A stretch of 50,471 nt of DNA from Candidatus Caldatribacteriota bacterium (GCA_034660595.1 JAYEJO010000011.1:3071-53541), one strand, 5' to 3'; shown: positions 25,765 through 35,766, counted from the stretch's first letter. The notes: generated by a model not told the origin, from the sequence alone. Numbers and translations: made by a program.

Positions 25765-26445
25765 ATGCTGGAAACTTGGAGTTATATAAATTCACATTGG
25801 GGCTTGGTTGGTCATTTGATTTTGCAACACTTAGAAATGGTTATTTTAGGGTGTGGGATTGGCGTAGTTGTCGGAGTTATGTTGGGAATATTTATTTCTG
25901 AAGAGGGAAGAGAGGGAATTGCAGAGTTAATTCTATATCTTGCTGAAATTATGATGACTATACCTAGTTTAGCTCTCTTTGGCTTGTTGATACCAATTTT
26001 AGCCGCATTGCACTTACCTGCTCTTGGACTTCTTCCTGCTGTTATTGCTTTAGTTGCTTATGGACTGTTGCCTATTTTACGAAATACTTATACAGCGATA
26101 CGAGAGGTTGACCCCGCAATAATTGAAGCTGGACAGGGGATGGGTATGAGCAAAAAGCAAATTATGTATAAGATTAAATTACCCCTTGCGGTACCTGTAA
26201 TTATGGCTGGTTTAAGAAATGCCATTGTATTGAACATAGGCATTGCAGCAATCGCTGTGGTTATAGGAGTAGGAGGATTGGGTGTACCCATATTTCGAGG
26301 AATAAGAAATTTTCGTTTTGATCTTATTCTTACCGGCGCGATATTTGTTTCCATTTTGGCTGTAATAGCTGATACTTTTTTAGGTTTCATTGAGGAAAAG
26401 ATAACTCCAGAGGGGTTAAAAAAAGCTAGAGGTGTTAACTTATGA
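25765..26445 (+). CDS. ABC permease, OpuCB/ProW-type (betaine/choline/carnitine class)
   Basis: About 6 TM helices. EAA-loop EAGQGMGMSKKQIMYKIKLPLA. Confidence 0.85.
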   Translation: MLETWSYINSHWGLVGHLILQHLEMVILGCGIGVVVGVMLGIFISEEGREGIAELILYLAEIMMTIPSLALFGLLIPILAALHLPALGLLPAVIALVAYGLLPILRNTYTAIREVDPAIIEAGQGMGMSKKQIMYKIKLPLAVPVIMAGLRNAIVLNIGIAAIAVVIGVGGLGVPIFRGIRNFRFDLILTGAIFVSILAVIADTFLGFIEEKITPEGLKKARGVNL

Positions 26446-27572
26446 TAAAATTTGAAAACATAACCAAGATTTACCCAGGTGGCATTGAAGCAGTTAAAGA
26501 TATAAGTTTTGAGGTTAAGAAAGATGAGTTTTGTATTCTTCTTGGTCCTTCTGGATGTGGTAAGACAACTACCATGAAAATGGTTAATCGATTGATTCCT
26601 ATTACTAAGGGGAAAATATATATCGATGGGCAGGATATTATGGAGATAGACAAAAATGAACTTCGAAGAGGTATAGGGTATGCGATTCAACAAATAGGTC
26701 TCTTTCCTCATATGACTGTTAAGGAGAACATACAGACTGTCCCCGTATTGAGAGGATGGTCCCAGGAAAAGATGGAGAAAAGAGTAAAGGAACTTATGCG
26801 TCTTGTGGGGTTGGATCCCTCTATATACCTGGATAAATATCCTGCTGAGTTATCTGGTGGGCAAAGGCAGAGAATTGGTGTAGCCCGGTGTTTAGGTGTC
26901 GATCCCCCTCTTCTACTAATGGATGAGCCCTTTGGAGCCATTGATCCTATAAATAGGGAGAAATTGCAGGATGAATTTCTAAAGATACAAATGGAAATAA
27001 AAAAGACTATTATATTTGTAACTCATGACCTTAATGAAGCCGTTAAGATGGGGGATAAGATTGTCTTAATGAAAGAGGGAGAGATAGTTGAGTATGATAC
27101 ACCTGCTAATTTGCTCTACAAGCCAAAAAATGATTTTGTAAGGAATTTTGTTGGTGCTGATCGAGTTCTTAAGGGATTACAGCTTATAAGGGTAAAAGAG
27201 GTTATGGATAGCTCACCTAAGACAGTAAGAGCAGATGAAAAGATAACCAGAGCTAAGAGATATATGGAGGGAGAGAAAATTAAATGGCTGATGGCAGTCG
27301 ATGATAACCATACCTTTTTGGGTTGGGTTGGCAAATCAGATCTTAGTGACAAAAATGCGGAAAAAGTTAGAGATATTATAATTCCTACGATTACTTCAGC
27401 TACTCCTAATACACCTTTAAATGAGGCTCTTTCACTTATGTTGGGCAGTGCAGTAGGAAATGTGGCTATACTTAATGACCAGGGTAAATTAGAAGGAGTG
27501 GTGAGGTTTGATTCTATCCGAAAAATTTTAAAAGATGTGAAGAAGTCTTACAATAAAGAAAAGAAAGGTTAA
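26442..27572 (+). CDS. ABC ATPase with C-terminal tandem CBS domains (OpuCA/ProV-type)
   Basis: Walker A GPSGCGKTT, signature LSGGQRQR, Walker B LLLMDEP and a ~130-aa CBS-like tail. ATGA overlap with the upstream permease. Confidence 0.9.
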   Translation: MIKFENITKIYPGGIEAVKDISFEVKKDEFCILLGPSGCGKTTTMKMVNRLIPITKGKIYIDGQDIMEIDKNELRRGIGYAIQQIGLFPHMTVKENIQTVPVLRGWSQEKMEKRVKELMRLVGLDPSIYLDKYPAELSGGQRQRIGVARCLGVDPPLLLMDEPFGAIDPINREKLQDEFLKIQMEIKKTIIFVTHDLNEAVKMGDKIVLMKEGEIVEYDTPANLLYKPKNDFVRNFVGADRVLKGLQLIRVKEVMDSSPKTVRADEKITRAKRYMEGEKIKWLMAVDDNHTFLGWVGKSDLSDKNAEKVRDIIIPTITSATPNTPLNEALSLMLGSAVGNVAILNDQGKLEGVVRFDSIRKILKDVKKSYNKEKKG

Positions 27573-27573
27573 A

Positions 27574-28302
27574 ATGAAACGTCGAATTGCTTTATTTATT
27601 TTTTTAGGAATTCTTATAGGTATAACTATATGGATAACAAATCTTGAGATGCTAAAATTTAGGCCACCTGCTACTTATGGGGAGCTAAGCGTAAGAATAA
27701 GTGAGCATCTTAGTATGGTAGGCCTGGCAGAAATTATTGCTATCAGTGTTGGTATTCCGTTTGGCATTTTAGTTAGTCGTCCTAAGTTTAGAAGGATCTC
27801 TCCTGTGGTGATGGGTGTAGTCAATGTTGGTCAAACTGTTCCAAGTATGGCAGTAGTTGCTATCGTAGCGGTAATTGTAGGGGGCTTTGGTTTTGCTCCG
27901 GCGGTTATCGCTCTTTTTGTATATGGATTGCTTCCTATTGTACGCAACTCATATGCTGGAATAAAAAATATTGATCCTTCAATTATAGAGTCAGCAAGAG
28001 GGATGGGTATGTCTAAAAGACAGATTATCTGGAAGATAGAACTTCCCCTTGCCAGACGTGTAATAATGGCTGGGATTAGAACGTCAACAGTTGTAAATAT
28101 TGGTACAGCTACATTAGCTGCGCTTATAGCAGCAGGTGGATTAGGAATGGTTATACTTGCAGGCTTGCTTAATAATATACCTTTATTGTTGCTTCAAGGG
28201 GCTGCTCCAACGGCTGCATTAGCAATAACTCTTGACGCCCTACTGGGAACAATAGAAGAATGGATGACCCCCCGGGGTTTAAAGATTAAAAGAGGGGCAT
28301 AA
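27574..28302 (+). CDS. ABC permease, OpuCD-type
   Basis: Paralogue of the 25765 permease. EAA-loop ESARGMGMSKRQIIWKIELPLA. Confidence 0.85.
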   Translation: MKRRIALFIFLGILIGITIWITNLEMLKFRPPATYGELSVRISEHLSMVGLAEIIAISVGIPFGILVSRPKFRRISPVVMGVVNVGQTVPSMAVVAIVAVIVGGFGFAPAVIALFVYGLLPIVRNSYAGIKNIDPSIIESARGMGMSKRQIIWKIELPLARRVIMAGIRTSTVVNIGTATLAALIAAGGLGMVILAGLLNNIPLLLLQGAAPTAALAITLDALLGTIEEWMTPRGLKIKRGA

Positions 28303-28303
28303 T

Positions 28304-29215
28304 ATGAAAGGAGTCACTCTCAGTTTAATTCTGATAATTTTTCTATTTTCTTTTTTGACGGGATTCCCCTCTTTTGCTCAAAATCATATAACTATAGGGA
28401 TTCAAGATTCTATACAACAGGAAATCCTTGGACAAATAATAGGAAATTATTTGAATGAAAACGGCTTTGAGGTGAAATACAATGTAAATCTATCTAATCC
28501 ATCTTTATATAGTGCACTTACTCAAAAACAGGTTGATCTTGCCTGGCTGGATCCTGCTTCAGTTTGGTTTCTCAAATATCTAAAGACAGATATTTTATCA
28601 TCTGAGGAGCTTTATAAAAAGATTAAAGAATTAGAGAAGAAGGAAGGACTTTTATGGTTCGAGACAGTCGACCTTGAAAACCAATATGTAGTAGTAATGC
28701 AAAGGGAAAAATCGAAGGAGTTGGGGATAACGACTATTTCTGAGTTAGCAGATTATGTGAGGATAAATCAAAAAAAAATTAGAGTGTCAATGAGCTCTGA
28801 ATTTTTCTTCCGTCCTGACTGTTATTTCCACCTTAAGCAGATATATGGATTCTCTTTTTATAGACCAAATTTAAGCTTAGTTTCTCCGGCTGTAGGTTTT
28901 GGTTTACTTTCTGCTGGTCAAGTTAATGTAGTCATAGCTTTTTCGACAGAACCTCTGATCGAAAAGTATAATTTAATCAAGCTTAAAGATGATAAAAAAT
29001 CTCTTAAATCTTATTCTGTAGGGATTATCGTTAGAGAAAAAATAATAGATAGATTTTCTAATTTATCTGGATTGGTTGATAAATTAAGCAGAATATCCTT
29101 ATCTACTTCAAAACTAAAAAAGTTAAATTTACGAGTTTATGAAGGGGAATCTCCAAAGGAACTTGCTCGGGAATATCTTATCAAGAAAGGCTTAATTGAC
29201 ATTAAGCGAGAATAA
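28304..29215 (+). CDS. substrate-binding protein 1 (OpuAC/OpuCC-fold, divergent)
   Basis: Signal peptide (LSLILIIFLFSFLTGFPSFA). Its position in the opu operon and loose similarity to the next gene support the call. Confidence 0.65.
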   Translation: MKGVTLSLILIIFLFSFLTGFPSFAQNHITIGIQDSIQQEILGQIIGNYLNENGFEVKYNVNLSNPSLYSALTQKQVDLAWLDPASVWFLKYLKTDILSSEELYKKIKELEKKEGLLWFETVDLENQYVVVMQREKSKELGITTISELADYVRINQKKIRVSMSSEFFFRPDCYFHLKQIYGFSFYRPNLSLVSPAVGFGLLSAGQVNVVIAFSTEPLIEKYNLIKLKDDKKSLKSYSVGIIVREKIIDRFSNLSGLVDKLSRISLSTSKLKKLNLRVYEGESPKELAREYLIKKGLIDIKRE

Positions 29216-29296
29216 AATTTATAAGGAGGTGGTGATATAGATTAATTTGAGAAATGAGAAAAGAAAAGATGATTTTATTATTTAAGGAGGTAAAAA

Positions 29297-30250
29297 ATGA
29301 AAAAGTTATTTAGTTTGATAGTGATATTAATCCTGCTCTTCGGAATGACCACGGTTGGTTTGTTAGCCGCTGAAAAACCTACTATAGTTGTAGGAAATAA
29401 AAACTTTACCGAGGAATATTTAGCAGGTGAATTGATGAAACAGATTTTAGAAGATAGAGGATTTAAGGTTGAATTAAAATCTGATTTATCTTCTATGATT
29501 ATGAGAGAGGGAATGATGACGGGAAATATTGATGTTTGTATGGAGTACACCGGAACTGCTTGGATGGTCCATCTTGCAAAGACATATACTCCGACAGGAC
29601 ATGAAGAACTTTACTATATGACTAAAGCAGGGGATGCTGCCAACAAGATGGTATGGCTACAACCAATGTGGAACCATAATAGTTATGCTCTTGCTGTATG
29701 GGCTGACTTTGCCGAAGAAAACAATATAGAATCGCTTTCTGATTTTGCAGCTTTTAGTAATCAGAAGAAGGGGAAAATTAAAACTTTTATCGATTTTGAA
29801 TTCTCTCAACGTCCGGATGGCTGGCCAGCCCTACAAAAGGCTTATAACTTTAAAATTGATAAAGGTTCTCTTAAAAGTGCAGCTCCTGGAGCTTCTTTAA
29901 TAGCTTTGAAGAAACATGAGGTTGATGTAGCAATGGTCTTTGCAACTGATGCTTCAATAGCGAAATATGGTTGGGTGGTTTTAAGGGATGATAAAAACTT
30001 CTTCCCCCCCTATGATTTAACTCCTGTCGTAAGAGCAGAGATTCTGGAGAAGTATCCTGAGGTTGGAATTGCGCTTAATGAATTGGTGGCTGCATTTTCC
30101 AATGGTTCAGGCGTTCCCTTTACTACAGAGAAGTTAGCTAATGCTCAAAGGATATGGCAGTGGTTAAATGGAAAAGTTGATATAGAGAAAAAAGATGCAG
30201 CTGAAGCTGCCCATGATTTCTTAGTCGAACATAATTTGATAAAAGGTTAG
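29297..30250 (+). CDS. substrate-binding protein 2 (glycine betaine/choline-binding, OpuCC-like)
   Basis: Signal peptide. KNFTEEYLAGEL...YTGTAW and aromatic-rich segments are typical of betaine-binding proteins. AAGGAGG ribosome-binding site. Confidence 0.8.
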   Translation: MKKLFSLIVILILLFGMTTVGLLAAEKPTIVVGNKNFTEEYLAGELMKQILEDRGFKVELKSDLSSMIMREGMMTGNIDVCMEYTGTAWMVHLAKTYTPTGHEELYYMTKAGDAANKMVWLQPMWNHNSYALAVWADFAEENNIESLSDFAAFSNQKKGKIKTFIDFEFSQRPDGWPALQKAYNFKIDKGSLKSAAPGASLIALKKHEVDVAMVFATDASIAKYGWVVLRDDKNFFPPYDLTPVVRAEILEKYPEVGIALNELVAAFSNGSGVPFTTEKLANAQRIWQWLNGKVDIEKKDAAEAAHDFLVEHNLIKG

Positions 30251-30284
30251 TATAACTATGTAGTAAAAAAGTGTTTAAGTAAAA

Positions 30285-30320
30285 GAAAAGGAGTTGATTA
30301 TTCAACTCCTTTTCTTTATT
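30285..30320 (+). terminator. Rho-independent terminator after the opu operon
   Basis: GAAAAGGAGTTGA / TCAACTCCTTTTC 13-bp stem with a 4-nt loop, then TTTATT. Confidence 0.75.
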
Positions 30321-30383
30321 AATAGTTTAAATAATGATAAAAATAAAGGAAGATAAAGACTTTTCTTGAAAAGGTAAAAAGAT

Positions 30384-32222
30384 ATGTTTGGATATAATGG
30401 CAGGATATTAGAAGTTGATTTAAGCAATCGAAAAATAGTTATTTCGAGATTAGATGAAAAAAACGCCAGGAATTACATCGGCGGAAGTGGTTTGGCAGCT
30501 AAAATTATTTATGATGAAACTTCACCAGAGATAGACCCTTTAAACTCCCAGAACCTTTTAGTTTTTATGACGGGACCTTTCACCGGTACGGTTATACCTA
30601 CTTCTGGAAGACATGCCATTGCCGCCAGGTCTCCCCTTACAGGAATCTGGGGTGAAGCTGATGTAGGGGGGAGTTGGGGAATAAGTTTAAAAAGAGCGGG
30701 CTACGATGGAATTAAAATTAAGGGAGCATCCAAAACTCCTGTATATTTATGGATTCACAGTGGAAAAGTAGAAATAAAGGATGCAAAGCACCTTTGGGGC
30801 ATGGATACTTATAAAGTAAATGATTTATTAAAAAAGGAAACGAATGAAAGAGCTTCAGTCGCCTGCATTGGGTTAGCAGGGGAGTCGCTTGTAAAATTTG
30901 CCTCTATAATGCATGATGGTAAAAATGCTCGAGCTGCGGGAAGATGTGGTTTAGGGGCAGTAATGGGTGGAAAGAAACTAAAAGCCATTGTAGTTCAAGG
31001 GGGAGAAAAAACTAAAATTAGAGATAAAGAAGGGCTGAAGAGACTTGTAAAAAAACTTATTCCTCAAATGAGAGAGGAAACTGCTTATCTGGGAAATTAT
31101 GGGACCACAGGTTCGACAGCGGAGGAAGAGGAAATAGGCGATCTTCCCATCAAAAATTGGCGTCAGGGAAAGTGGGAAGATGGCGCAAAGAAGCTTTCGG
31201 GGCAGACTTTGTTGGAGACAATCTTTTCTGGAAATTATCATTGTCCGACCTGTCCTATAGGATGTGGCAAAGAGGTTAAAATTAGAGAGGGGAAATATAA
31301 TGGAGTGGATGGAGCGGCGGCAGAGTATGAAACAATTGGTACTCTTGGCTCTCTCTGCCTGGTGGATAATTTAGAAGCTGTTTCTCTAGCTAATCAACTT
31401 TGTAACCAATATGGAATGGATACTATCTCTACCGGGGCAGCTATTGCTTTTACTATGGAAGCTTATGAAAAGGGTCTAATCGGCTCATCCGATTTGGATG
31501 GTTTGGAATTAACCTGGGGGAATGCAGATGCTATGGTAGAAATGGTGAGAAGAATTGGCGAGCGCAATGGTCTGGGCAGGCTTTTAGGAGAGGGTGTGAG
31601 AAAAGCAGCTGAAGAAATTGGAGGAAGAGCTTCTGAGTTTGCTATTCACGTGAAGGGATTAGAACTTCCTGCACACGACCCTCGGGCTTTTTATAGTTTA
31701 GCTCTTGGTTATGCTACTTCTAATAGAGGAGCCTGCCATCTGCAAGCTTATTCGCATCCCTTTGAACGTTGGATAGCTATGCCTGATTTGGGTTATTCAG
31801 AATGTCTACCTCCACATATTGAGAAAGGGAAAGCCGAGTTAGTAATGAAATTACAAAATCTTATGTGCATGTTTGATTCACTAAAGATATGTAAATTTAG
31901 CATGTATGGTGGTATTGAACCTCATCATCTTGTAGAATTATTAAATTTAGTAACTGGTTGGGATGTAAATTTGAAGGAATTTATGCGAGTAGGAGAGCGT
32001 TTATTTAACTTGAAAAGGTTGTATAATGTGAAATGTGGAATAAACAGAAAAGATGATATCCTTCCTTCTCGATTGCTTACTCAGACCAGAGGAGAGGGAG
32101 GAGCTTCCGATACCCTGCCCTATTTGGGAAGAATGTTGAGCGAATATTATAAACTTAGAGGATGGGATGAAAAAGGAATTCCTTTGAGCAGTAAATTGAA
32201 AGAGATGGGTTTAAATGTATGA
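30384..32222 (+). CDS. aor: aldehyde:ferredoxin oxidoreductase (tungstopterin AOR family)
   Basis: 612 aa. N-terminus MFGYNGRILEVDLS...GGSGLAAKI and [4Fe-4S] ligand region YHCPTCPIGCGK. Family-typical length. Confidence 0.9.
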   Translation: MFGYNGRILEVDLSNRKIVISRLDEKNARNYIGGSGLAAKIIYDETSPEIDPLNSQNLLVFMTGPFTGTVIPTSGRHAIAARSPLTGIWGEADVGGSWGISLKRAGYDGIKIKGASKTPVYLWIHSGKVEIKDAKHLWGMDTYKVNDLLKKETNERASVACIGLAGESLVKFASIMHDGKNARAAGRCGLGAVMGGKKLKAIVVQGGEKTKIRDKEGLKRLVKKLIPQMREETAYLGNYGTTGSTAEEEEIGDLPIKNWRQGKWEDGAKKLSGQTLLETIFSGNYHCPTCPIGCGKEVKIREGKYNGVDGAAAEYETIGTLGSLCLVDNLEAVSLANQLCNQYGMDTISTGAAIAFTMEAYEKGLIGSSDLDGLELTWGNADAMVEMVRRIGERNGLGRLLGEGVRKAAEEIGGRASEFAIHVKGLELPAHDPRAFYSLALGYATSNRGACHLQAYSHPFERWIAMPDLGYSECLPPHIEKGKAELVMKLQNLMCMFDSLKICKFSMYGGIEPHHLVELLNLVTGWDVNLKEFMRVGERLFNLKRLYNVKCGINRKDDILPSRLLTQTRGEGGASDTLPYLGRMLSEYYKLRGWDEKGIPLSSKLKEMGLNV

Positions 32223-33285
32223 ATTCAGTTTTCCTACAAAAGTAATTTTTAAAGAAAGAATAGTAGAATATATAGGGGAAGAGATATATAAGTTTTGTAA
32301 TGAATTACCTTCTCCTTTGGTAATAGTTACAGTTGAAGAGAAATGGAATGAAAAATTTATAGAAAATATTAAAGAAAATCTTCAAGAAGCAGGCTGTAAA
32401 AGAGTAGATATTTTTCGTGGAGTAACAGATGATCCAGGCAGAAAATGTGTTGATGAAGGAATAAAATTCTGTAAACTGTTAAATAGTAAGGGTATAATTG
32501 CTTTTGGAGGAGGCTCTTCGATGGATACCGCTAAGGTTATAGCTAAAGAAGCTCAGATTAATTTTTTAGTTGCTATACCTACAACAGCAGGAACAGGAGG
32601 AGAGATTTCTCCTTGGGCAGTGATTACCAATGAAAAAAAACAGGAAAAGGAAAGTTTTATGGCAAAATTTCCTGATATGGCATTATTGGATCCTTATTTG
32701 ACAGAGAGTATGCCTTCTAAGGTGACTTTATTAACGGGAATAGATGCATTTTCTCATGCTTTGGAGTCTTATTTTTCTAAATCTGCTTTTTCCTTAACTG
32801 ATGCTCTGTCGCTGCAAGCTATTCAGCTAATCGAAGAGAATCTACTTAATGCAGTGAGAGAGGGTAGTGATTTATCTGCCCGAAGCAATATGCTTGAAGG
32901 AAGCCTTTTAGCGGGGATGGCAATGTTACATTCTGGTTTAGGATTAGTTCATGCTATTGCTCATCCCATAGGGGGACTGTATCATAGCAACGGATTGGCA
33001 CATGGTTATATTATTGCCCATCTCCTTCAAAGTGTGATTGAATTTAATAAATCAGCAAATTTAGATAAGTATCAGAAAGTTAGAGATTCTTTAGAAATAA
33101 TGGGAGGGATTATAGACGAAGAATTATTTTTAAAATTAGGCATGTCTAAAATAAAAGTAAAAGAGAATGATATTCCCTTGTTGGCAAAAAGAAGTGCGGA
33201 TAATATTAATGCACTTACTAACCCGAGAAGTTTCACTTTGAGCGATATTGAAGATGTTATTAGAAATAGTTTCAAAATAGTATAA
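32215..33285 (+). CDS. iron-containing (type III) alcohol dehydrogenase
   Basis: GGGSSMDTAK nucleotide motif and His ligands (FSHALESY, VHAIAHPIGG). 8-nt overlap with aor. Confidence 0.85.
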   Translation: MYEFSFPTKVIFKERIVEYIGEEIYKFCNELPSPLVIVTVEEKWNEKFIENIKENLQEAGCKRVDIFRGVTDDPGRKCVDEGIKFCKLLNSKGIIAFGGGSSMDTAKVIAKEAQINFLVAIPTTAGTGGEISPWAVITNEKKQEKESFMAKFPDMALLDPYLTESMPSKVTLLTGIDAFSHALESYFSKSAFSLTDALSLQAIQLIEENLLNAVREGSDLSARSNMLEGSLLAGMAMLHSGLGLVHAIAHPIGGLYHSNGLAHGYIIAHLLQSVIEFNKSANLDKYQKVRDSLEIMGGIIDEELFLKLGMSKIKVKENDIPLLAKRSADNINALTNPRSFTLSDIEDVIRNSFKIV

Positions 33286-33384
33286 TATTATTTTATAGTT
33301 TTACTTGCATTATAACAATAATTAAAGTATAAGTAGAAGTAATAAATATAAATTCAAAAATTAAAATAAAAAAGGAGAAGGATT

Positions 33385-34833
33385 ATGGTTAAAGGCGGTA
33401 TAGAGGGAGGAAAATATCGTCTTCTTTCAAATGAAGAGATTGAAATGATTCATGAAACGTCCATAAAAATTTTACAGCAAACAGGAATAAAATCAGAAAA
33501 CGAAGAAATTTTAAGTCATTTTTCCAAAATTGGTGCAGAAGTAAATTTTGAGAAAGGAATAATAAAATTTTCACCAGCTTTAGTAGAAGATGCTATTAAT
33601 AAGGCTTCATCCAAAGTTTTTCTTTGTGGGAGAGAAGAGAAAAACGATCTTGATTTGGAAGGTAAAAAGGTATATTGTGGAACTGGAGGCGCAGCTTTAA
33701 ATGTACTTGATTTAGAAACGGGTGAAAGAAGGGAATCAAGACTTAAAGACATTGCAGATATAGCTAAATTAGTAGACGCACTTGATAATATCCATTTTTA
33801 TTTAAGGCCAGTAGTAGCTCGGGATATTTCTTCAGAGTTTCTTGATGTAAATAAATATTATGCGGCCTTAAGCAATACCTCAAAACATGTAATGGGTTCA
33901 GCTTACACTGTGGAAAGTGCTCTTGAAGTGATTTCTATGGCTGAAGAAATTACTGGAGGAAAAGAAAAATTAAGAGAAAGGCCAATTATTTCTTTTATTA
34001 CTTCATTTATAAAGAGTCCTTTGCAGTTAGCTGATCCTACTGTATTAGTTTTAATGAAACTTGCTGAAGAAGGGATGCCGGTAGCTCTTTCTACTGCACC
34101 TATGGCCGGTTCTACTTCTCCGATAACTTTAGCTGGAACTTTAGCTCAAGTTAATGCAGAACAACTTGGCGGGATGGTTCTTACTCAGTCGATCAACCCA
34201 GGCACGCCTGTAATTTATGGTGCTATTCCTACTATAGCTGATATGCAGACTATGAATTTTTTAGATGGAGCCATAGAATTGGGAATACTTGCCGCCGGTG
34301 CTGCTCAATTAGCACAATATTATAATTTTCCTTATTATGCTTGGGGAGGTCTTACTGATTCTAAAATTCCTGATATCCAGGCTGGATATGAGAAAGGAAT
34401 GACTCTTGTTATGGCAGCTTTGGCCGGAGCAAATTATATTCATAATGCTGCTGGTATGTTGGAATCTACTACTACCGTAGCTTATGAGCAATATGTAATA
34501 GATAATGAGATTATAGGTATGGCAATGAGAGCCTTACAAGGGATAGAGGTAAATGAAGATACTTTAGCTTTTAAAGTAATAGATAAAGTAGGGCCGGGAG
34601 GCAATTATTTAGCTGAAACACATACAGTAAAACATATGAGATCAGAATTATTTTTTCCCAAAGTTAGTGATAGATCTTTAAGAGAGGAATGGATTTCAAA
34701 AGGAGGCAAAGACGCTCGCGAGAGAGCAAGAGAAATAGCCAAAAATAGTTTAGCCACCCATAGGCCTCTTCCGATTCCTTCTGATATAGATAAAAAAATT
34801 AGAAGTAAAATAAAAGGTTTAATAAAATTTTAG
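33385..34833 (+). CDS. MttB-superfamily methyltransferase paralogue 2, non-pyrrolysine
   Basis: 482 aa, collinear with the 24155 gene at roughly half identical residues by eye. No in-frame TAG. AAGGAG ribosome-binding site. Confidence 0.85.
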   Translation: MVKGGIEGGKYRLLSNEEIEMIHETSIKILQQTGIKSENEEILSHFSKIGAEVNFEKGIIKFSPALVEDAINKASSKVFLCGREEKNDLDLEGKKVYCGTGGAALNVLDLETGERRESRLKDIADIAKLVDALDNIHFYLRPVVARDISSEFLDVNKYYAALSNTSKHVMGSAYTVESALEVISMAEEITGGKEKLRERPIISFITSFIKSPLQLADPTVLVLMKLAEEGMPVALSTAPMAGSTSPITLAGTLAQVNAEQLGGMVLTQSINPGTPVIYGAIPTIADMQTMNFLDGAIELGILAAGAAQLAQYYNFPYYAWGGLTDSKIPDIQAGYEKGMTLVMAALAGANYIHNAAGMLESTTTVAYEQYVIDNEIIGMAMRALQGIEVNEDTLAFKVIDKVGPGGNYLAETHTVKHMRSELFFPKVSDRSLREEWISKGGKDARERAREIAKNSLATHRPLPIPSDIDKKIRSKIKGLIKF

Positions 34834-34846
34834 GAGTTATGAATAA

Positions 34847-35740
34847 ATGAAAATCGGATTGGGTCAAATAAAATATGAAACAGGGAAGGTAAAAAAGAAC
34901 CTAAAAAAAATACAAAAATTTATCTTTAAAGCTAAAAAGGAAGAGGTCGATTTATTAGTTTTCCCCGAGTTAAGTCTTACGGGCTATTCGTTAAAAAGTC
35001 GTCTTATTCCTAAGGTGGCTTTAAAATTAGACGGTCCAATAATTGAAAGTTTAAAAGAAGAGAGTAAGGATATTTCTTTGGTAATAGGTTTAGTAGAAGA
35101 GTCAAGAAATTATGATTTTTATAATACTGCTCTTTATCTGGAAAAAGGAGAAATAAAACATATTCACCGAAAGATATATTTACCTAATTATGGCATGTTT
35201 GAGGAGAAAAAATATTTCATTAGCGGGGAAGAAGTAAGATCTTTTGAGACATCTTATGGACGAATGGGCATGTTGGTTTGTGCTGATTCCTGGCATCCTG
35301 TCCTACCTTACATTTTAGCCTTAGATGGTGCTTTTATTTTTATAAATGTGGTTTCCAGTTATAGTAAGGGTTTAGGAAAGAAAATATCTACTCGTTATGC
35401 CTGGGAAAGGGTGAATAAATTTTATGCCCAAGTATTTTCTTGCTATGTTGTCTTTGTTAATGCAGTAGGTGCTGACGGCGAAAATAATTTTTGGGGAGGG
35501 TCTACTGTCATTAAACCGGGAGGTAGAATATTAGTAAAGCCTGATTATTCCAAAGAACAATTGGCCACAGCTTACATAGATTTAAAAAGAGTACGATATT
35601 ATAAAAATGTTTTACCAGAATTTAAAGAGGAGAAGATTGATTTAGTTATAAGAGAACTCAAGAGGATAAAGAAAGACAAACTCAAGAATGTCTCTTTTAA
35701 ATATATTAATAAATATAAAAAAATATCTTATCTTCCGTAA
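34847..35740 (+). CDS. carbon-nitrogen hydrolase (nitrilase-superfamily amidase)
   Basis: E-K-C triad contexts FPELSLTGY, HRKIYLPNYGMFEE and MLVCADSWHP. Lys-rich C-terminal tail. Starts 13 nt after mttB paralogue 2. Confidence 0.8.
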   Translation: MKIGLGQIKYETGKVKKNLKKIQKFIFKAKKEEVDLLVFPELSLTGYSLKSRLIPKVALKLDGPIIESLKEESKDISLVIGLVEESRNYDFYNTALYLEKGEIKHIHRKIYLPNYGMFEEKKYFISGEEVRSFETSYGRMGMLVCADSWHPVLPYILALDGAFIFINVVSSYSKGLGKKISTRYAWERVNKFYAQVFSCYVVFVNAVGADGENNFWGGSTVIKPGGRILVKPDYSKEQLATAYIDLKRVRYYKNVLPEFKEEKIDLVIRELKRIKKDKLKNVSFKYINKYKKISYLP

Positions 35741-35766
35741 CTCTTTTTATGACAAAAATTGCTATT

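Noticed and set aside
26088-26711. 207-aa ORF on the minus strand
   Set aside because: It lies entirely antisense to the ABC permease and ATPase genes, which have unmistakable motifs. It has no ribosome-binding site and a low-complexity translation, so it is a shadow ORF.
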